NCBI GenBank assembly: GCA_037447605.1
Contig: CM074814.1
Coordinates: forward strand, 2,232,001-2,296,000
DNA from: Zygnema circumcarinatum SAG 698-1b
Lineage: Eukaryota > Plantae > Zygnematophyceae
Direction of reading: 5' to 3'
DNA length: 64,000 nt
Shown in pieces: positions 13,168 through 26,175 of the stretch (the stretch's first letter is position 1; every line of letters starts with the position of its first letter). The position numbers were made by a program, and so were the translations under genes. The notes below the pieces were generated by a model, which searched no databases, had not been told where the DNA came from, and saw nothing but the letters and a program-made list of their open reading frames with translations.

Positions 13168-13329
13168 TTTTCCAGCTTTCTCTTCCCGTTTCTCTGAAAG
13201 GCTCTTTAGGGAAAATGCTCGTCAACTCATCTGTGTTCTGCGTCTAAAGATATCAGCTCATATTGGTCATAATCGTTCTGCAAATAATCTCACATAAGAG
13301 AGTTACCAAGTAAGATCTTACTTCAGCCT

Positions 13330-15407
13330 ATGTCTGACTTGGAAAGGCTTCCAGAGCTTCAAAGGCGCCAAAAACATTCCAATAATGCCTTCAGTAGCTT
13401 GTTGCCTGACAGTGTGCGAGTGCAGCACAAAGTTCTTGAGTTTCTAGATGTTTCTGCTCTCTGCTTATTTGTAGCCTCCGCAGCGGCCGGGAGGAAGTAT
13501 GTCCGCCATAGAGCTGATGTGCAGAGCACTATGTTGGCACTTTTCCTAAAACGTGCAGATGTTTGTGTTTCAAGGAGATGTCTGTGCTTACAACACTATC
13601 CGCCAAAACGTCAGTGTTTCACCAGAGCGACGCAGAAGCACTGATAGAAGTGAAACTCGTGGCAGTCGGCAATCTGCAGGATTGCTTCGGCAGCACGGCG
13701 AGATGCCACACTGCGCACTCTATAGTCTCAACTTCAGGCAACAACACCAAAGAAGCAAATCGACAAAGAATGAATGCAATCACATCCTTACGAGCCAAAC
13801 TGTTTGCTTGCAAGAATCTGCTTTTCGTCCTCTTGACATCTCTCTCCTCTCTCTCTCTCTCTCTCCTCTCTTTCTCTCCAGGCCTTCCAGACGCCTTGCT
13901 CTGTCTATTATGCTGCAGCCAAGGCGTGGCGGAAGGAGGAGCTGCCTGCTGCCTGCTGCCTGCTGCCATGCACGCCATTTTTTCTGGTTGACATATAGCC
14001 TGCCTGTCGCGCAGAGGCGAGTACGCGTGGCCGCCAGGCCGCCATTGGTGGCGATTGAAATGCCAATGGATCCAAAATGACTTTCATGCTAATTTTTCGT
14101 GAAGGTTTTTTGCTTGTAGTGCGTATGTTATCTTTTGAAACGCATGCCTATGGCACAATTCTGTGAGAAGAAATGTGTAGAATGCGTAAAAAACTGTCTG
14201 TGTGCTTCTGATGCTTAGTCTTCCGAGCACCAACGACACAGGGATTTCGAACTGCTGCCTGCTTAGCGAATGTGTCTCAGCTTTTATTCTTTGTAGGGTA
14301 ACTTGCAGTTTTGGATTTGTCATCGAAAAAAGCTGTCTGTGCGACCACACAGGGATTTCGAACTGCTGCCTGCTTAGCGCATGTGTCTCAGCTTTTATTC
14401 TTTGTAGTGTAACTTGAAGTTTTGGATTTGTCATCGAAAAAAAGCTGTCTTTGCGACCAAATGTAATTTTCCAATCTGTAGATAAAATTGAGAGGAATTA
14501 ACCCCTTGCTGCCCCCCTCCCCCTATTTCATTTTCCTCAGGAGCCTTTGTTACCAGGCCGCTTCCAATGTTTCATTTGAAAGAACCTTTCCAAATTCTGC
14601 CAAGATAAGTCGGACAAGCTTTTGACAAGCTTAATATCCTGGTGTCGATCCCAGATGAAGCGACAGCCTCCTCAACTGTTGCTTTCAGTGTGGACTGTAA
14701 CCACAGTAAAGGAGAGCCAAGCCTGTCCATTAGACCTGGGGAAAGGCTAGCCAACCTCTTCCCGAACTGATTGCAGCCTGGAAAAGTACTTCTCATAGAA
14801 TAGACAGACTCTTAGGGCTTTCAAATGAGGGTTTCCCCTCGAGTTGATGTTTAGGAAGCTACTCAGGCCACCCTTGAATGCTGTCGAATGCGGGAATGCA
14901 CAAAATTAACAAGAAGCAACCACGGCGATCAGACGGATACGTTAGCACATGCTGATAAACATAGTGGCACGAAGATCATGAAGGATGAACCTGAAAAAGG
15001 GCGATCTATGGAGATCATTGAGCGATTTGAAGCGAAGAGTAAGAGTCCATCCCGAGGAAGGGGCTCAACTCGGAGCAACGAAAGCAGAAAGTAGGAGGCA
15101 GAGACTTTTAAGAGAGAGAGCCCCAGGCATTGCCTGGTACATTGGGCGAGAATCTGGAGAAAAGACAGCCATTATTACTTTGTGGGTAGCATAAGCTCAC
15201 GACGCTGGAAGACACATCGCATATGGCTAATTGCCGAGAAAAATGACAGGAACACTGCTCAGATGAGAGAATCCTGGTAGAAAAAGATCCTGACATGCAA
15301 CTCATTTTGCGCATCTTTCTCACCATCAAGAAAAGCCAGTCGGAAAAACTGGACAATGCGAAGCAAGAGGAGCTTGTTAACAATATTCTCCTGAAAATGT
15401 GTACATA
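13330..15407 (+). CDS. Possible unidentified multi-exon gene divergent from the antiporter
   Basis: ATG ORF at 13330; a CT-tract acceptor near 13880; a protein-like last exon EHCSDERILVEKDPDMQLILRIFLTIKK..LLKMCT*. No complete model or family. Confidence 0.22.
14236..14459. repeat. Tandem duplication, 2 x 111 bp
   Basis: ACACAGGGATTTCGAACTGCTGCC... at 14236 and 14347, with few substitutions. Confidence 0.9.
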
Positions 15408-15481
15408 AAAGCTACCCTGCGAATTTCAGCCCTACCACTAATTGAACGAATTACACGAGATCTGCAAAGATCTCTCCCTTC

Positions 15482-15850
15482 CTAGTCCCGGGCAGATTCC
15501 TCCACTGCAGCTTCCACCCGCAGGAGCACGAAGCCAAGGGCAACGCCTGTCAACACAAGTCCACAAATGATAGGGACCACGCCGAAGATCTCGGCTGCAA
15601 TGCTGCACTCTGAAGCCAAAGCTCCTCCCTTGGAGCCACTGCTCCTGTAGCCAGCCATCACCTGGGCAAACTCCTCCTCCACAGACTTCTTGGGAGCCAA
15701 TCCGCTTACTGACTTGGTCACCTTCAAGCCAGCGAAGTTTCCAAGGGCAGGCACGCTCGCCTTGGCTGCCTTCCTCTGAGCCACTGCCGCCTTCACGGGC
15801 ACGACAGCTGCAACCGTCAAGCCACTGCAGGTAGATGCCATGGCCGCCAT
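15482..15850 (-). CDS. petM: Cytochrome b6f complex subunit 7 (PetM), nuclear-encoded, with transit peptide
   Basis: Ala/Val-rich transit peptide followed by AAEIFGVVPIICGLVLTGVALGFVLLRVEAAVEE. Confidence 0.93.
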   Translation of the reverse strand: MAAMASTCSGLTVAAVVPVKAAVAQRKAAKASVPALGNFAGLKVTKSVSGLAPKKSVEEEFAQVMAGYRSSGSKGGALASECSIAAEIFGVVPIICGLVLTGVALGFVLLRVEAAVEESARD

Positions 15851-17138
15851 TGCACGTCTGGCGATGATCCAAACTCAGACTTCCTTCCTCTCCCTCTCCC
15901 TGTATTGATCAAGGGCTTCCTGCAGCAACAATGGCGCTTGTCTGGCCGTCAAGAAAAAGGGCCAGGGGGGGCATCTGTGCCCCTTCCCCGTGACCCTGCC
16001 ACGTCATCATGCCCCATGACCCACTTGTGAACGTACACCATTCGTACAGTTCGTACATCCTTCCTTACCGTTAAATAGTTCAAAATTGCTGAATTGCGTC
16101 ACGTGACGGGGCATGGTGACGGGCATGGCGAATATGCCCCAACCCGTCCCCCACCCGCCCAGAGGGAGCCGCGCCGCCAGGCCCTGGAAGAGAGGGGAAG
16201 GGCCGCCTGGCTTATCCGCCGACGAGCGAGCGCATCTTGGTCGTCCACCAGAACCTCCACGCGTGTAATCGACGGCCAGATATCTCCCAGAGCGGCGATC
16301 GGAGATAATGGCCGATGACCACACGTGTGATCGACGGTTCACGATCGGCGATCGGAAGATAAAGGCGGTCCGCAGCGGCGGCCGCACGAGCGGCGAACGG
16401 CCGAGGGCGCGCCCGCGAAGCGCGCGAATGGGGGAACGCAAGCAGCGATATCGGGATATAATGTTGATACGATATGGTAACGTTGACACGATACGATACG
16501 ATACTCGTCGTAACGGTACAGGGAATCTTTACTTGACAGGATGCCGTGACGTCGACAGAGCTCCTTTCTGCTCGTGATGATGACGTCATTGTTTGACGGT
16601 TTCAAACCCGGGCATGTTTTGGTTTGCACTGGGGAGTTCGCCCAAACCCTAATTCTAGTCGTTGCTGATAAAGAAGGGCAAGGCTCAGTAATTTCGTTAA
16701 CATTGAACTGCCGCCTCTTCCATTTCTTGAGTCACTACTACACGGCAATGGCCATGTGAAAACAAGGAGCAGCAGGATACGCCTTGTATTCTTCAAGTAC
16801 AAGCGATCGTTCGAGCTTACCATGCAAGAAGGCCGCAACTTCAAATGCTTCCTGCTGGAGGCCACGGCTTTTCCTGCTTTTCTTAATTTCTCGATGCATG
16901 TTTGCTCTGTTCAAACGAGCAAGCAGCTGTGGTTCCTAAATTCTCCGAGCTTTTCTAATCTCTAACCATACGAAAATGCAGTAATCTTGCTCCTTAACCT
17001 CTTACATATGGAGGACCAACATGCGCCCCCTTATTGCTCAGAGCTGGCTGGCGCTGCCTTCCCTCTGGGAAGGAGACATTTCTCCAGCCACTGCAATGGC
17101 AGTTGCATTGCTTCCGCCTAAAAAGAAAAAAAAGTCTC

Positions 17139-17192
17139 CCAATGGGAGGCTGCCATGTGTACACAATTGTCTACGTGGCGGGCTCCCATTGG
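17139..17192. promoter_or_regulatory. CCAAT/G-box inverted dyad with no assigned gene
   Basis: CCAAT gggaggct GCCATGT N14 ACGTGGC gggctccc ATTGG. Confidence 0.5.
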
Positions 17193-18025
17193 ACGATGCT
17201 CTCAAGGAATTTCCGGCTCATCAGTGCAGAAGCGTTGGCCTTAAAAGTGTGGACTTTCCACAGCCAGCGTGAAAATATTCCCACTCTGACCCTCGGGTTT
17301 TACCCCTTCAAACATCTCAATTTTTCTGTCTCCAGGATGTCTTTACACTGCGTATTTTACACTACAAGGTTTGTCATGGCGAGACTAATTGACGGCACGA
17401 CAATTCAAACACTTGATTGCTTTGCGACACTAGATCAATACTGATCCATTCTTCATTCAAGCTCCAATCTGAAGGTACCCTTGGCAAGCATGCTCCACTC
17501 CGCTCCATTTCTGGCCTGAGCCATACTCTGTTCATCCCCCATTTGTGCACTACTTTCTGAGCTTGCATTAGTTTGTAGACCAGTACATGGAAAATGTACT
17601 GCACGTGAAATGTAATCCATCTTGGGCTTAACATCTCCAGTCCTTGAAAGCCGCAAAGGCCAGATAAGTGACTAGGTGAACGAAAAGGAATTACAGTGCA
17701 CTTTTCCTCATATCAATAAAAGATAAGGAACATATCTGAAGATATGTATTGGAAAGCTTGCATCCCTTATCGAAAGGACACTTCCCATTAAAAAGGCAGC
17801 TTGAACGCATCAAACGTGGAACGCATGGTACAAAGTGGTTCAGCCCAGCCAGGACATGCAGGACATGCAAAGGTGCAGGAAATGCCAAAGGCGACCTTCA
17901 ATTTCCCAGTCGATGCTGATGCAGGCCACTGCGATCTCTAGAACTAACTCCTCAAGTTACTCCCTTTGAGTATATGAACAAGCCATTTTCCCGCATGCGC
18001 ATGCAAGATGAAAAAAAGGAAATCT

Positions 18026-21000
18026 CTAGGCACGCAGTGGAAGTGCCACATCCAAAGACTTTCCGTACTTCTTGTCTATGGCTTCAATGCACCATGCATG
18101 GCCATCATCAACAGTGGGCATGCGGACCTCCATGAGCTGCACAACTGGCTCCTCCTGATTTGGAACATAGACACCTGCCACAACCCTGAGGGTATCCATG
18201 GCGTCTACATCCATGCAAACGTTAATGATGGGGTTTCCCTTGGGGAGGGGCGGGATGCCTGATAGGAGGAGGAAGCCGAGGAGGTGGCCATCTTGGACGC
18301 GCTGCCCTTCACCTTCGTACACAGTTATAAGGGCCTCAGTCTGGACATAACGAACATATGCAAGTCAGCAAGGGCAGGAACTGTATGTAGTGAAGTCTTC
18401 AAAACAGTAAGGGTGAGATATGCCAATGAAGAGGAACTCACATCATTAGACTGCATTACTTCAGCCTAAAACAACCGAAACCGCAAAGCAACTAAGCAAA
18501 CGCCGTAGCGTCTGCCATTAGAAAGCATATGCAGGGCTTGCCAATCCCATTAGCAAAGGCCAGGACTTACCTGGTTATCTCGGGAAGTTGTCACCATCAC
18601 GTCTTTACGGTGGGGAATTGTGCTATTGCGATGCAGGACAGGATAGAGCTTTCCACCCTCTATTCCGATCCCAAGGCTGAAGGGCATGGCCTGAATAGTA
18701 AGCAGGTCGAGATTGCCTTCCGAATCCCTGCATGTCGAACATCACTCCATGGTATCAGGACTGAGTTGAGAGTTAAATATTTTATCTGCTGTTCGTGATA
18801 AGAGAAATTTGGGAGCAGACCAACCCCTTTCGAGACAGAAGATTCCCCAACATAATGATATTGAAATACCCACTTGATACCGCTAGTGATAGCTGCCTCC
18901 AGAGCTGCTCCATAAGCAACCTCCTGCCCAGGTTTCAGTTTCAGTGCATAGGGTGGCCTTCCTCCCATGATTTTTTGTAGCATGTTTCGGATGTAGGGGA
19001 TGTTCGAGGAACCTCCAACAAGAATATAGTCGTCGAGATTGCTAGCTTCCAATCGAGCATCCGTCAGAACCTGCACTAAAAAAAACCTGTTACCGGACAA
19101 GGCCATATTGAAAGCCACTCCTTGCCAAATATATGCTGCTCATTCTCTCATTCCAATTGTCAGAAAATGGACACATTAAGACGATCTTGAAAAAAATTGT
19201 GTGATACAAGATGCAACTACCTAAGGTACACACAACAGCTTAGACATTATGTCTTGGAATGAAGGCTAACCTGTTGCACGAGCTCTTGGCAGCGTGAGTA
19301 TACGGGCTCACTCCAAGCATCAACATCGGCTCGAGTGACCTTTATAACTTCCACATCCTTTGATGATTCAATTTTTGAAGGCACTGAAATCTCCGCATCC
19401 GTTTGTTCAGAAAGTGTAAGTAATGCCTGCATACATTGCACTCTGAGAGCACCTATTCTCTGCCGGTCCTCCTTTGTACGAGCATTTGTCGGCATCTGTG
19501 AAGCAGACAACGAGACACGCTGTTGATTAATGAAGTTACGTAATAAAAAAACAACATTCAGAATAGCATCATCTTCTCTCGCCAATACATGAAACGTTGT
19601 CTATCTGACCGTGATTGAATTTGGAGCCCTTGACTTGCAACAATCATCGCAAAAGGGAAAGAACCATTCCGCACCTTATTCTGGCCGACAAGCCTCTTCA
19701 TCATCAATCCCAGAATATCCTCGCCCCCAATGGCATCTCCTGTAATAGCCTTAATCTGGCAGAAGCCACCTGCTGTTGCTGCGATCGCGACATCGCAATG
19801 GCCTGCTCCAAAATTGAAAATGAGCGCAAGCTTCTCAACTCCGCTACCGAGATTTGCTGCACATTGTGAAGCGACAATACCCAATCGACCAGAGAATAAT
19901 TAATCAAAGATGGAAAAAATTCTCTTCGCCTAGATCCTTTCTTATCCACGCTATAGAGATGTAAAATCCCAACTCTACAGCCATTAGTTTGTTCATCTTA
20001 TTCGCTTTCGTCTAATACCAGGCTATTAAATGTCGAGAGTAGTAAAGTAATCCGTTAGAGGTAAGTAACGACTATTAAACGAGTTAAAACATCGAAATGG
20101 AACCATTGAGCGTCACCCTTGCTGCTTCTTACTTAGTTTCTCAATGGCTTCAAATACGATTTTTTTCTGACCTCTTCCGTTTGGACTGGAGGGAAGCATT
20201 CCATAAAAATACAATTCAAGAATATATTATTATTATTATTATTATTGAAGTACTTGCAGGAGAGAGAAAATGCACCAAGCAACTGTAGCTCCTATCCAAA
20301 GTAACACTGCTTATCGCCTATTTATTTCACTTTAATATCCTTACTTCCGGAACTTGCATCCTGTTGCTGCTGCTGCTGCTGCGCATATATCAGGGCTACA
20401 GGGCTTGGCTCCGGCATAATCCTCAGGGCATTCAGCCCTGCCATGCCACATGCTCGTTGGAGGCGAGCTTGTTGAAGCCGGGTGAAACAAGCAGGCATAG
20501 TGAGGACAATATTCTGGCAAACGCGGCCTGTTTGGGTTTCCGCAATGCCTTTCATTTGAAGCAGAATCATCGCCAGAACTTCTTCAGGTGTCGTGAAACG
20601 CCAGACTCCCTTTCGCATGATACCAAGGAGCGGCTTCACTCCTAATCCCAACGTTTGCACCAAGAAAGGAAGGAAGGCCGTCGCTCTTTCCACGACAGGA
20701 TCTGTATCTGTTCGTCCAATCAGTCTTTTTGCTCCATAGAGAAGTTCACCGGACAGGAGCTGCTCTTCCTTTGGACGCAAGTCCGCACCCATTGCTCCTG
20801 TTTCCTCCGAAAATTGCACATGAGAGGGAATGAGGTATGATCCCTCGCTATCAGTTTGCAGGACCTCCACTTTACCGTTCCTCCACACTGCAACACTGCT
20901 GTAAGCGCTCCCTAAATCGAAACCGAACGCAATACTCCCTGGCGCCTGCGAATCAACGGCATGATCGCTGTCACACAAAACCGTATACTGGTCCACGTCT

Positions 21001-21038
21001 GCATCAGTCATCGGATCAGGCCTATCCTTGGAAGCCAT
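18026..21038 (-). CDS. HSP70-8: Heat shock 70 kDa protein 8-like (Hsp70T-2 clade), about 6 exons
   Basis: KRLIGRTDTDPVV, LPFLVQTL, TTPEEVLA, MPEPSPVALIYAQQQQ, LIFNFGAGHCDVA, GGEDIL, LVGGSSNIP and the clade-specific C-terminus EVRMPTVDDGHAWC..KYGKSLD. Confidence 0.93.
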
Positions 21039-21467
21039 GGAAGTACGTAATTGAAATACTATAGATGCAGGAGATATTATCCCTCTCCCTAAATATAAAC
21101 CTTGCCGCCACTCCTCGTTTGAAAAGGAATACTGAATTCCACCTGCAGATAAAAAAAACTCCTAAATTCTCACTCGGAACCTGCTATACTCGAAAGGTTC
21201 CAAGACGCCAAGACAATACCGACTTTGACAGATTCGAGCCTTCTAGCACGTTTCGGGCACAACTTCCAGACGAAGTGGGAGAGAGAGAGAGAGAAATAGA
21301 GAGACGAGAGAGGGATAGGAAGCGGGAGAGAGAGCCATCTGGAAGGCTCCTGAAAGAGAGATGCATGGTGCCTGCTTGCTCGCTTTGGCCTTCGGAACAA
21401 ACAGGGCGCACAGAATTGCCCTCACCGTGGGTCGCAAGTACCAAGAGTACCATTCAAGCGAACTAAG

Positions 21468-21815
21468 CCAATCAGGACATGTCACGTGGAAACACTTTAT
21501 GATATGGCAGTCTTGGATTGGCCTAGTATATGCCACGTGCACAAAACTGCTGACACGGCAGTCTCGGATTGGTCCAGTCCCGCCGTTTTTTTGGGGGGCC
21601 CCGCCGCCGGGGATCTTTAGGGGCCGCGGGCCTTCTGGAAGGAGGAAAGGGACGGCTCGCACGTGTGGGACGGTCAATGCACACGTGACGATCGGCTATT
21701 GGTTTAACGGTCGGATGGTGACGTGTTCCAAGCAAGGAGAGGCCGCCATGTGGCATGCATGACGTGTGACGAATCGGATGGCGACTCTGGATATTGGACA
21801 AGTCTGCCACGTCGG
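21468..21815. promoter_or_regulatory. HSP70-8 upstream region: dyad, extra half-sites and a dense ACGT-box cluster
   Basis: Dyad at 21468-21521; half-sites at 21553-21572 and 21683-21702; seven ACGT cores in about 330 bp. Confidence 0.6.
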
Positions 21816-22039
21816 ACGGCTCCAGTTGGAAAGGTGGTAGTCCAACATAGAAACCAGCAGTTTTCAAAATATAAAGCTAGTTCTAAGTATAGCTGTAGCT
21901 ACACAGGAAATGAACTGCCGTCTGTTTGTCGCATGGAGTCCGCTCCCATCTGGTGACCGGAAACCACGAGCAGGATCATGGAAGGCGTACGTGAGCCGCC
22001 TTAGTATGGATAACATGAAATAGTTCCTAAGTCGATGCC

Positions 22040-22190
22040 CACATGACATGGTGCATGACATGATGCCATGATGCAAGACATATGATGCAAGACGTGATGC
22101 ATGTCATGATGCATGTCATGATGCAAAACATGATGTATGCCATGATGCATGTCATGATGCATGTCATGATGCCAATGGTGACAACATGAC
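22040..22190. repeat. Degenerate 12-bp satellite (CATGATGCATGT)n
   Basis: Visible periodic CATGATGCA units. Confidence 0.8.
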
Positions 22191-22515
22191 ATTGGGACGA
22201 GAGATGCCAACAAGGTAGGCGAGAGAAGAGAGGAAAGAGGGAGCTTAGGACTCCGCAAAACCCTCGTGATGAATGAACAGAGTGTATGAAAGTTCTCAAG
22301 ATTGAGAGTGAAGTTAAGTCAAAAGGGACTTTGCGTATATGTGTAAAAAGGAAAGTTACGCCTTTTGATTTCAGCAAACAAACGTAATGGACGAATAAGA
22401 CCCTCAAATTCCTCTCTCTAAGTTCCAGTCTGTAGAGGACCCCAATCAAAGCCCCCCCCCCCCCCCCCCCCCCCCCCNNNNNNNNNNCCCCCCCCCCCCC
22501 CCCCCCCTTGCTCCT

Positions 22516-25500
22516 TCATAACAAGTCGTAGAAGAAGTCAAGGCCTTGCCCCAACTCCCATATTGAAATCCCTGCGCCCCAAACCCTAGCTTCCTCCAAT
22601 CTCAAGGCAATTGACTTTAGAGAGGGGTAATACACACGGCGGCGAGCACCGCCAATGTACTCAAAAGCATGTTCAGAGGCTTCAGCCTCCCATAGTAAAC
22701 TTGGGCGATATCTGTCAAGAAGTGCCAAGTATTCATGGCCTACAATGGCTCCCCCCCCTGCATACAAAACAGGATATAAGGATTTCAGACTTCAGGATTT
22801 GCGAGAGTTCAGGTTTCTGGGGAGTAAGGATGGGTACATTCGTTATATCATCGACTGAATGTAGCCCTTATTTCCTTTCTTGTCTCTCTCTCCCCTCTTC
22901 CTGCTTCCCTCTCCTTCTTCTCTCTTCCTCTCTCCTACCTCCTACTCCTGCTCTTCTCACTCCTCGCCGCTCCTTCCCCTTGCAAAAACGACTTGGGCTA
23001 AGAACTTCACAACCATTTTTAAAACCTTAACACTACTATTTGTTAAAAAAACATTCTTCCATAAATAAATTCCAACTAACCCCTCAAGATTCTCTACGAG
23101 GAGGAGGGGCCTCACCTGTCGGAAGAACAAAATCGTTGCCATAAAAGTTCAAGCCAACAAGGACCCCACTCGAAAGCCTACTCTCCCTCTCTCCGTCTCC
23201 CTCACTCCAGCTTCTCAGCTCCCTACTACGCCAACTCTCGGTCTCCCCCTCCTCCCTCTCCTCTCCCTCCTCTCCCTCCTCTCCCTCCTCTCCCTCCTCC
23301 TCAAGCTGTGGAGTAGGCACCAATAGTGACAAGCATGCTCGAACCCATGGGAGAGGAGAATTCGGACCAGGTCTTCCGGCATTGGAGAAGTCATATGTCA
23401 TAAGTGAAAATCCTTCAACATAGGGGCTGAGAAGCTTAAGGTCTGCAGAGGAGAATACTGCAGGATGCTCTTGTTGGGAGGGAGGAGGGATAACAAAGAG
23501 GAGTTCCATGGTAGGAGGGCTTCTACTCTCTGTATGCATGATGGGTGTTTTCTGTAGACTGAACCCCAGTTGAATGATGAACTCCAAGGCCTGCAAAATG
23601 GAGCAGAGATTTAGTCATTAAGAGTAGCTAAAGCTGACTGGTTATCGTCCTGCAGTCGACTAATCGGATGCTGCTGCTTTCTCAGCGTTAATGAATGGTT
23701 AGACGCAGTTTGTGGTACTAAAAATTGGGAAAGTCCCATTTGAAAATATTCCCAAGTATTATGTTTCTTGCTTTTGTTTACTTTATGATGCCTACTTATG
23801 TCAAAGGAAGAATGAGAGATAATGCTACCCACCTTAACTCTGAGAGAGGGAGACTGCAATATTCCATTGCCTGCCCATGCAGTCCATGCTTCCAGAACGA
23901 GGCCGTCGAAGCCCATGTTTCTGCCACGAATCAAAAAGACTCCAGTTAATCTCAATTAAAGGAAAGCAAATTTTAGCTTCCAAGGGATACAGAGCCTTCT
24001 TGAGGGAAACAGCTGCCATAGAAATGCACAGAATAGAGAGAGAGAGTGCGAGAGAGAGATAGAGAGAAAGAGAGAAAGAGTGAGAGAGAGAGAGGGAGAG
24101 GGAGAGAGAGAGGAGGGGGAGAGAGAGAGAGGGAGGGAGAGTTCCGCACTTGCATTCTCCAATCAGCTTGTTGATGGCCCTCCTCTGCTCCCTCTCATTG
24201 ATGAGCAGCTTTTCCAATCCCGGCCCCTCCAGCACTACTCTGGGAACGATCTGCACATTTTCATTATTATTAACATTATCGACAGAAAATTTTAAGACAT
24301 GGAACCACTTTTCAAGCCCCTTCACTGAATTTCGCTCTGAACATTTTTTAAGGCTACAGAAACTCCAAATCTATGTATCAACCGGAGTGTTTTTTAATCA
24401 AGAACACCATGTTGGCAGTTTATTTATAAAAGAAATTTGTTTGTAGACTTTGAATACACTACTCTAATAGGCTTTCAAAAACTCGAAGCCAGTCCTTTTG
24501 TGGCCCAAAGAAAACTACTATTCATTTATGCAAAAGGCAATGAAGCAAGTGATTTTAGCAATGAAGTGTGGAATGAAGTCTTTTTGACCTCTTCGTCTAA
24601 TGTGATGCTTAAACATAGAAGCTAAATTCTTGAACCGAATAGATCGCTTAAAATGATGCCTCCAAGTGAATGGAATTCACCTTTGAAAAGCCTCCTTTGC
24701 GAATCTCTTTCATCCAAACTCTGTCAACAGCGCCCCCTCCTTCCAAAGAGAAGCCCTCTCCACTCCTGCAAGCTCACAATATCAACAACCAAGTTGCTTT
24801 TAGAGTTTTTAGGGCTCTTCTGAGAATCAATATAAGGTCAAAAGTCGTTGTTGACGTTTGATAAGAAGCTGAAAAGAAAAGGCAGGCGAGGCTCTCTAGA
24901 CTTTGTCAAGCTACCCAGAAAGTGAAGGGAAGCTTTTCTTACCACTTGAGCTGATACCAAACGGGAGAAAGATGGGTGAATTTTGCTTGAAATCTTGTAG
25001 CAATTTCAAAGCCCTTCGTGTTCCTGCCAGGTGCTATCCAACGTTTAGAAAAAGCTGCTTGTAGCTAACACCTGTTTGCAATTAATCGTGAGACAAATGC
25101 CAATTCATTTCTCTTTACCAACAACGACGAGAGTAAACTTCAGATATCGACAAAAAACATCACAGTTTAACGCTTTCAAAAGCTTTTCAGTTGTAAATAC
25201 ATGCGTATGGACCTATTGTAAAAAAGAAAGATTCAGGAAATTCTGCAATGTTGAGAGCAGGAGGTACAAAGGCGCACCAAGGAGTGATGTATCCAAGCAC
25301 ATTGCCATTAAAATGGCGATGGCTGGTATTGGCCCAATAGCGCCCATGCTCCTGAGTTCGCAAGACACAAATTGTCACTGACCATAAAAGCAAAAAAAAA
25401 TCGTGGAAAAAGCAGGAGTTCATCCGCACTTCATGGTGATAAAAATTCAGCAGGTGTACCTTACCAATAAAAATTGCTATCCATGGGGGAGCCAGTTATG

Positions 25501-25915
25501 TGGATTGTTGACTCCCGCTATTCTGCCTAGTAAAGCCTTCTGATCGAGCAAACTTGCATTGCGGAACAAGGGGAACATCAAGAAAGTACTCATAAAACTG
25601 CCTGTGCCTGCCTGTGCCTGTGCCCGTTTTACCACTAGCTGCCAAACAAAGTGGTAAAACAGCTAGTGGTAAAACGGGCACAGGCTGCCTTCCAGAGTTA
25701 AAGATCTCGCAATCATTCAGTCAAAGGCTTCTTCTGAGAATAAAACGTACCTTAAGAATGCTGCGGTAGCTCACCCTTTCGCTCACAAGCCCCCTCAGGA
25801 AGACCGATTCCTCCGCGGGCCCACCCTCTGCATTCAACAAGCTTTTGTGTGCAGCTTTTTTGGCATTCACATTCTGCAGAAGGGCTAGCAGGAGCACAAG
25901 GGAAAGCAGCTTCAT
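22516..25915 (-). CDS. CHID1: Chitinase domain-containing protein 1 (GH18 chitinase-like), multi-exon, signal peptide
   Basis: [13 protein letters not shown] signal peptide; VLGYITPW; [11 protein letters not shown]; IVPRVVLE; GFDGLVLE; [18 protein letters not shown]; GLNFYGNDF; [10 protein letters not shown]; [14 protein letters not shown]. Confidence 0.92.
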
Positions 25916-26175
25916 TGTCAAACAACACTCCTTTCCTCTACATTTGGCACTCTCAATCATTCAAGCCTGTTTGCTATAGAGTCCTTGCAATAAGCTTCTG
26001 ATTTTTAATGAAGTCGCTACCGCCAACGAGAGGCGCATAACACCTCTTAACTGGACGAGTAAGATTATTGTAAAGCCGAGCTTGCGCAGCTACTTGAGAG
26101 CTTCTGCTTACGAATGCCGCAAATATGGCATTCGGTTAGAACTGACTTCAGCAGACTGTCTATCTAGCAGCAAAG

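Noticed and set aside
17239-17272. Minus-strand AGCGKSTLLR P-loop-like peptide
   Set aside because: Stop codon five residues later and no supporting exons.
21170-21640. Heat-shock elements upstream of HSP70-8
   Set aside because: Only a two-unit TTCnnGAA and imperfect arrays; no triple nGAAn repeat.
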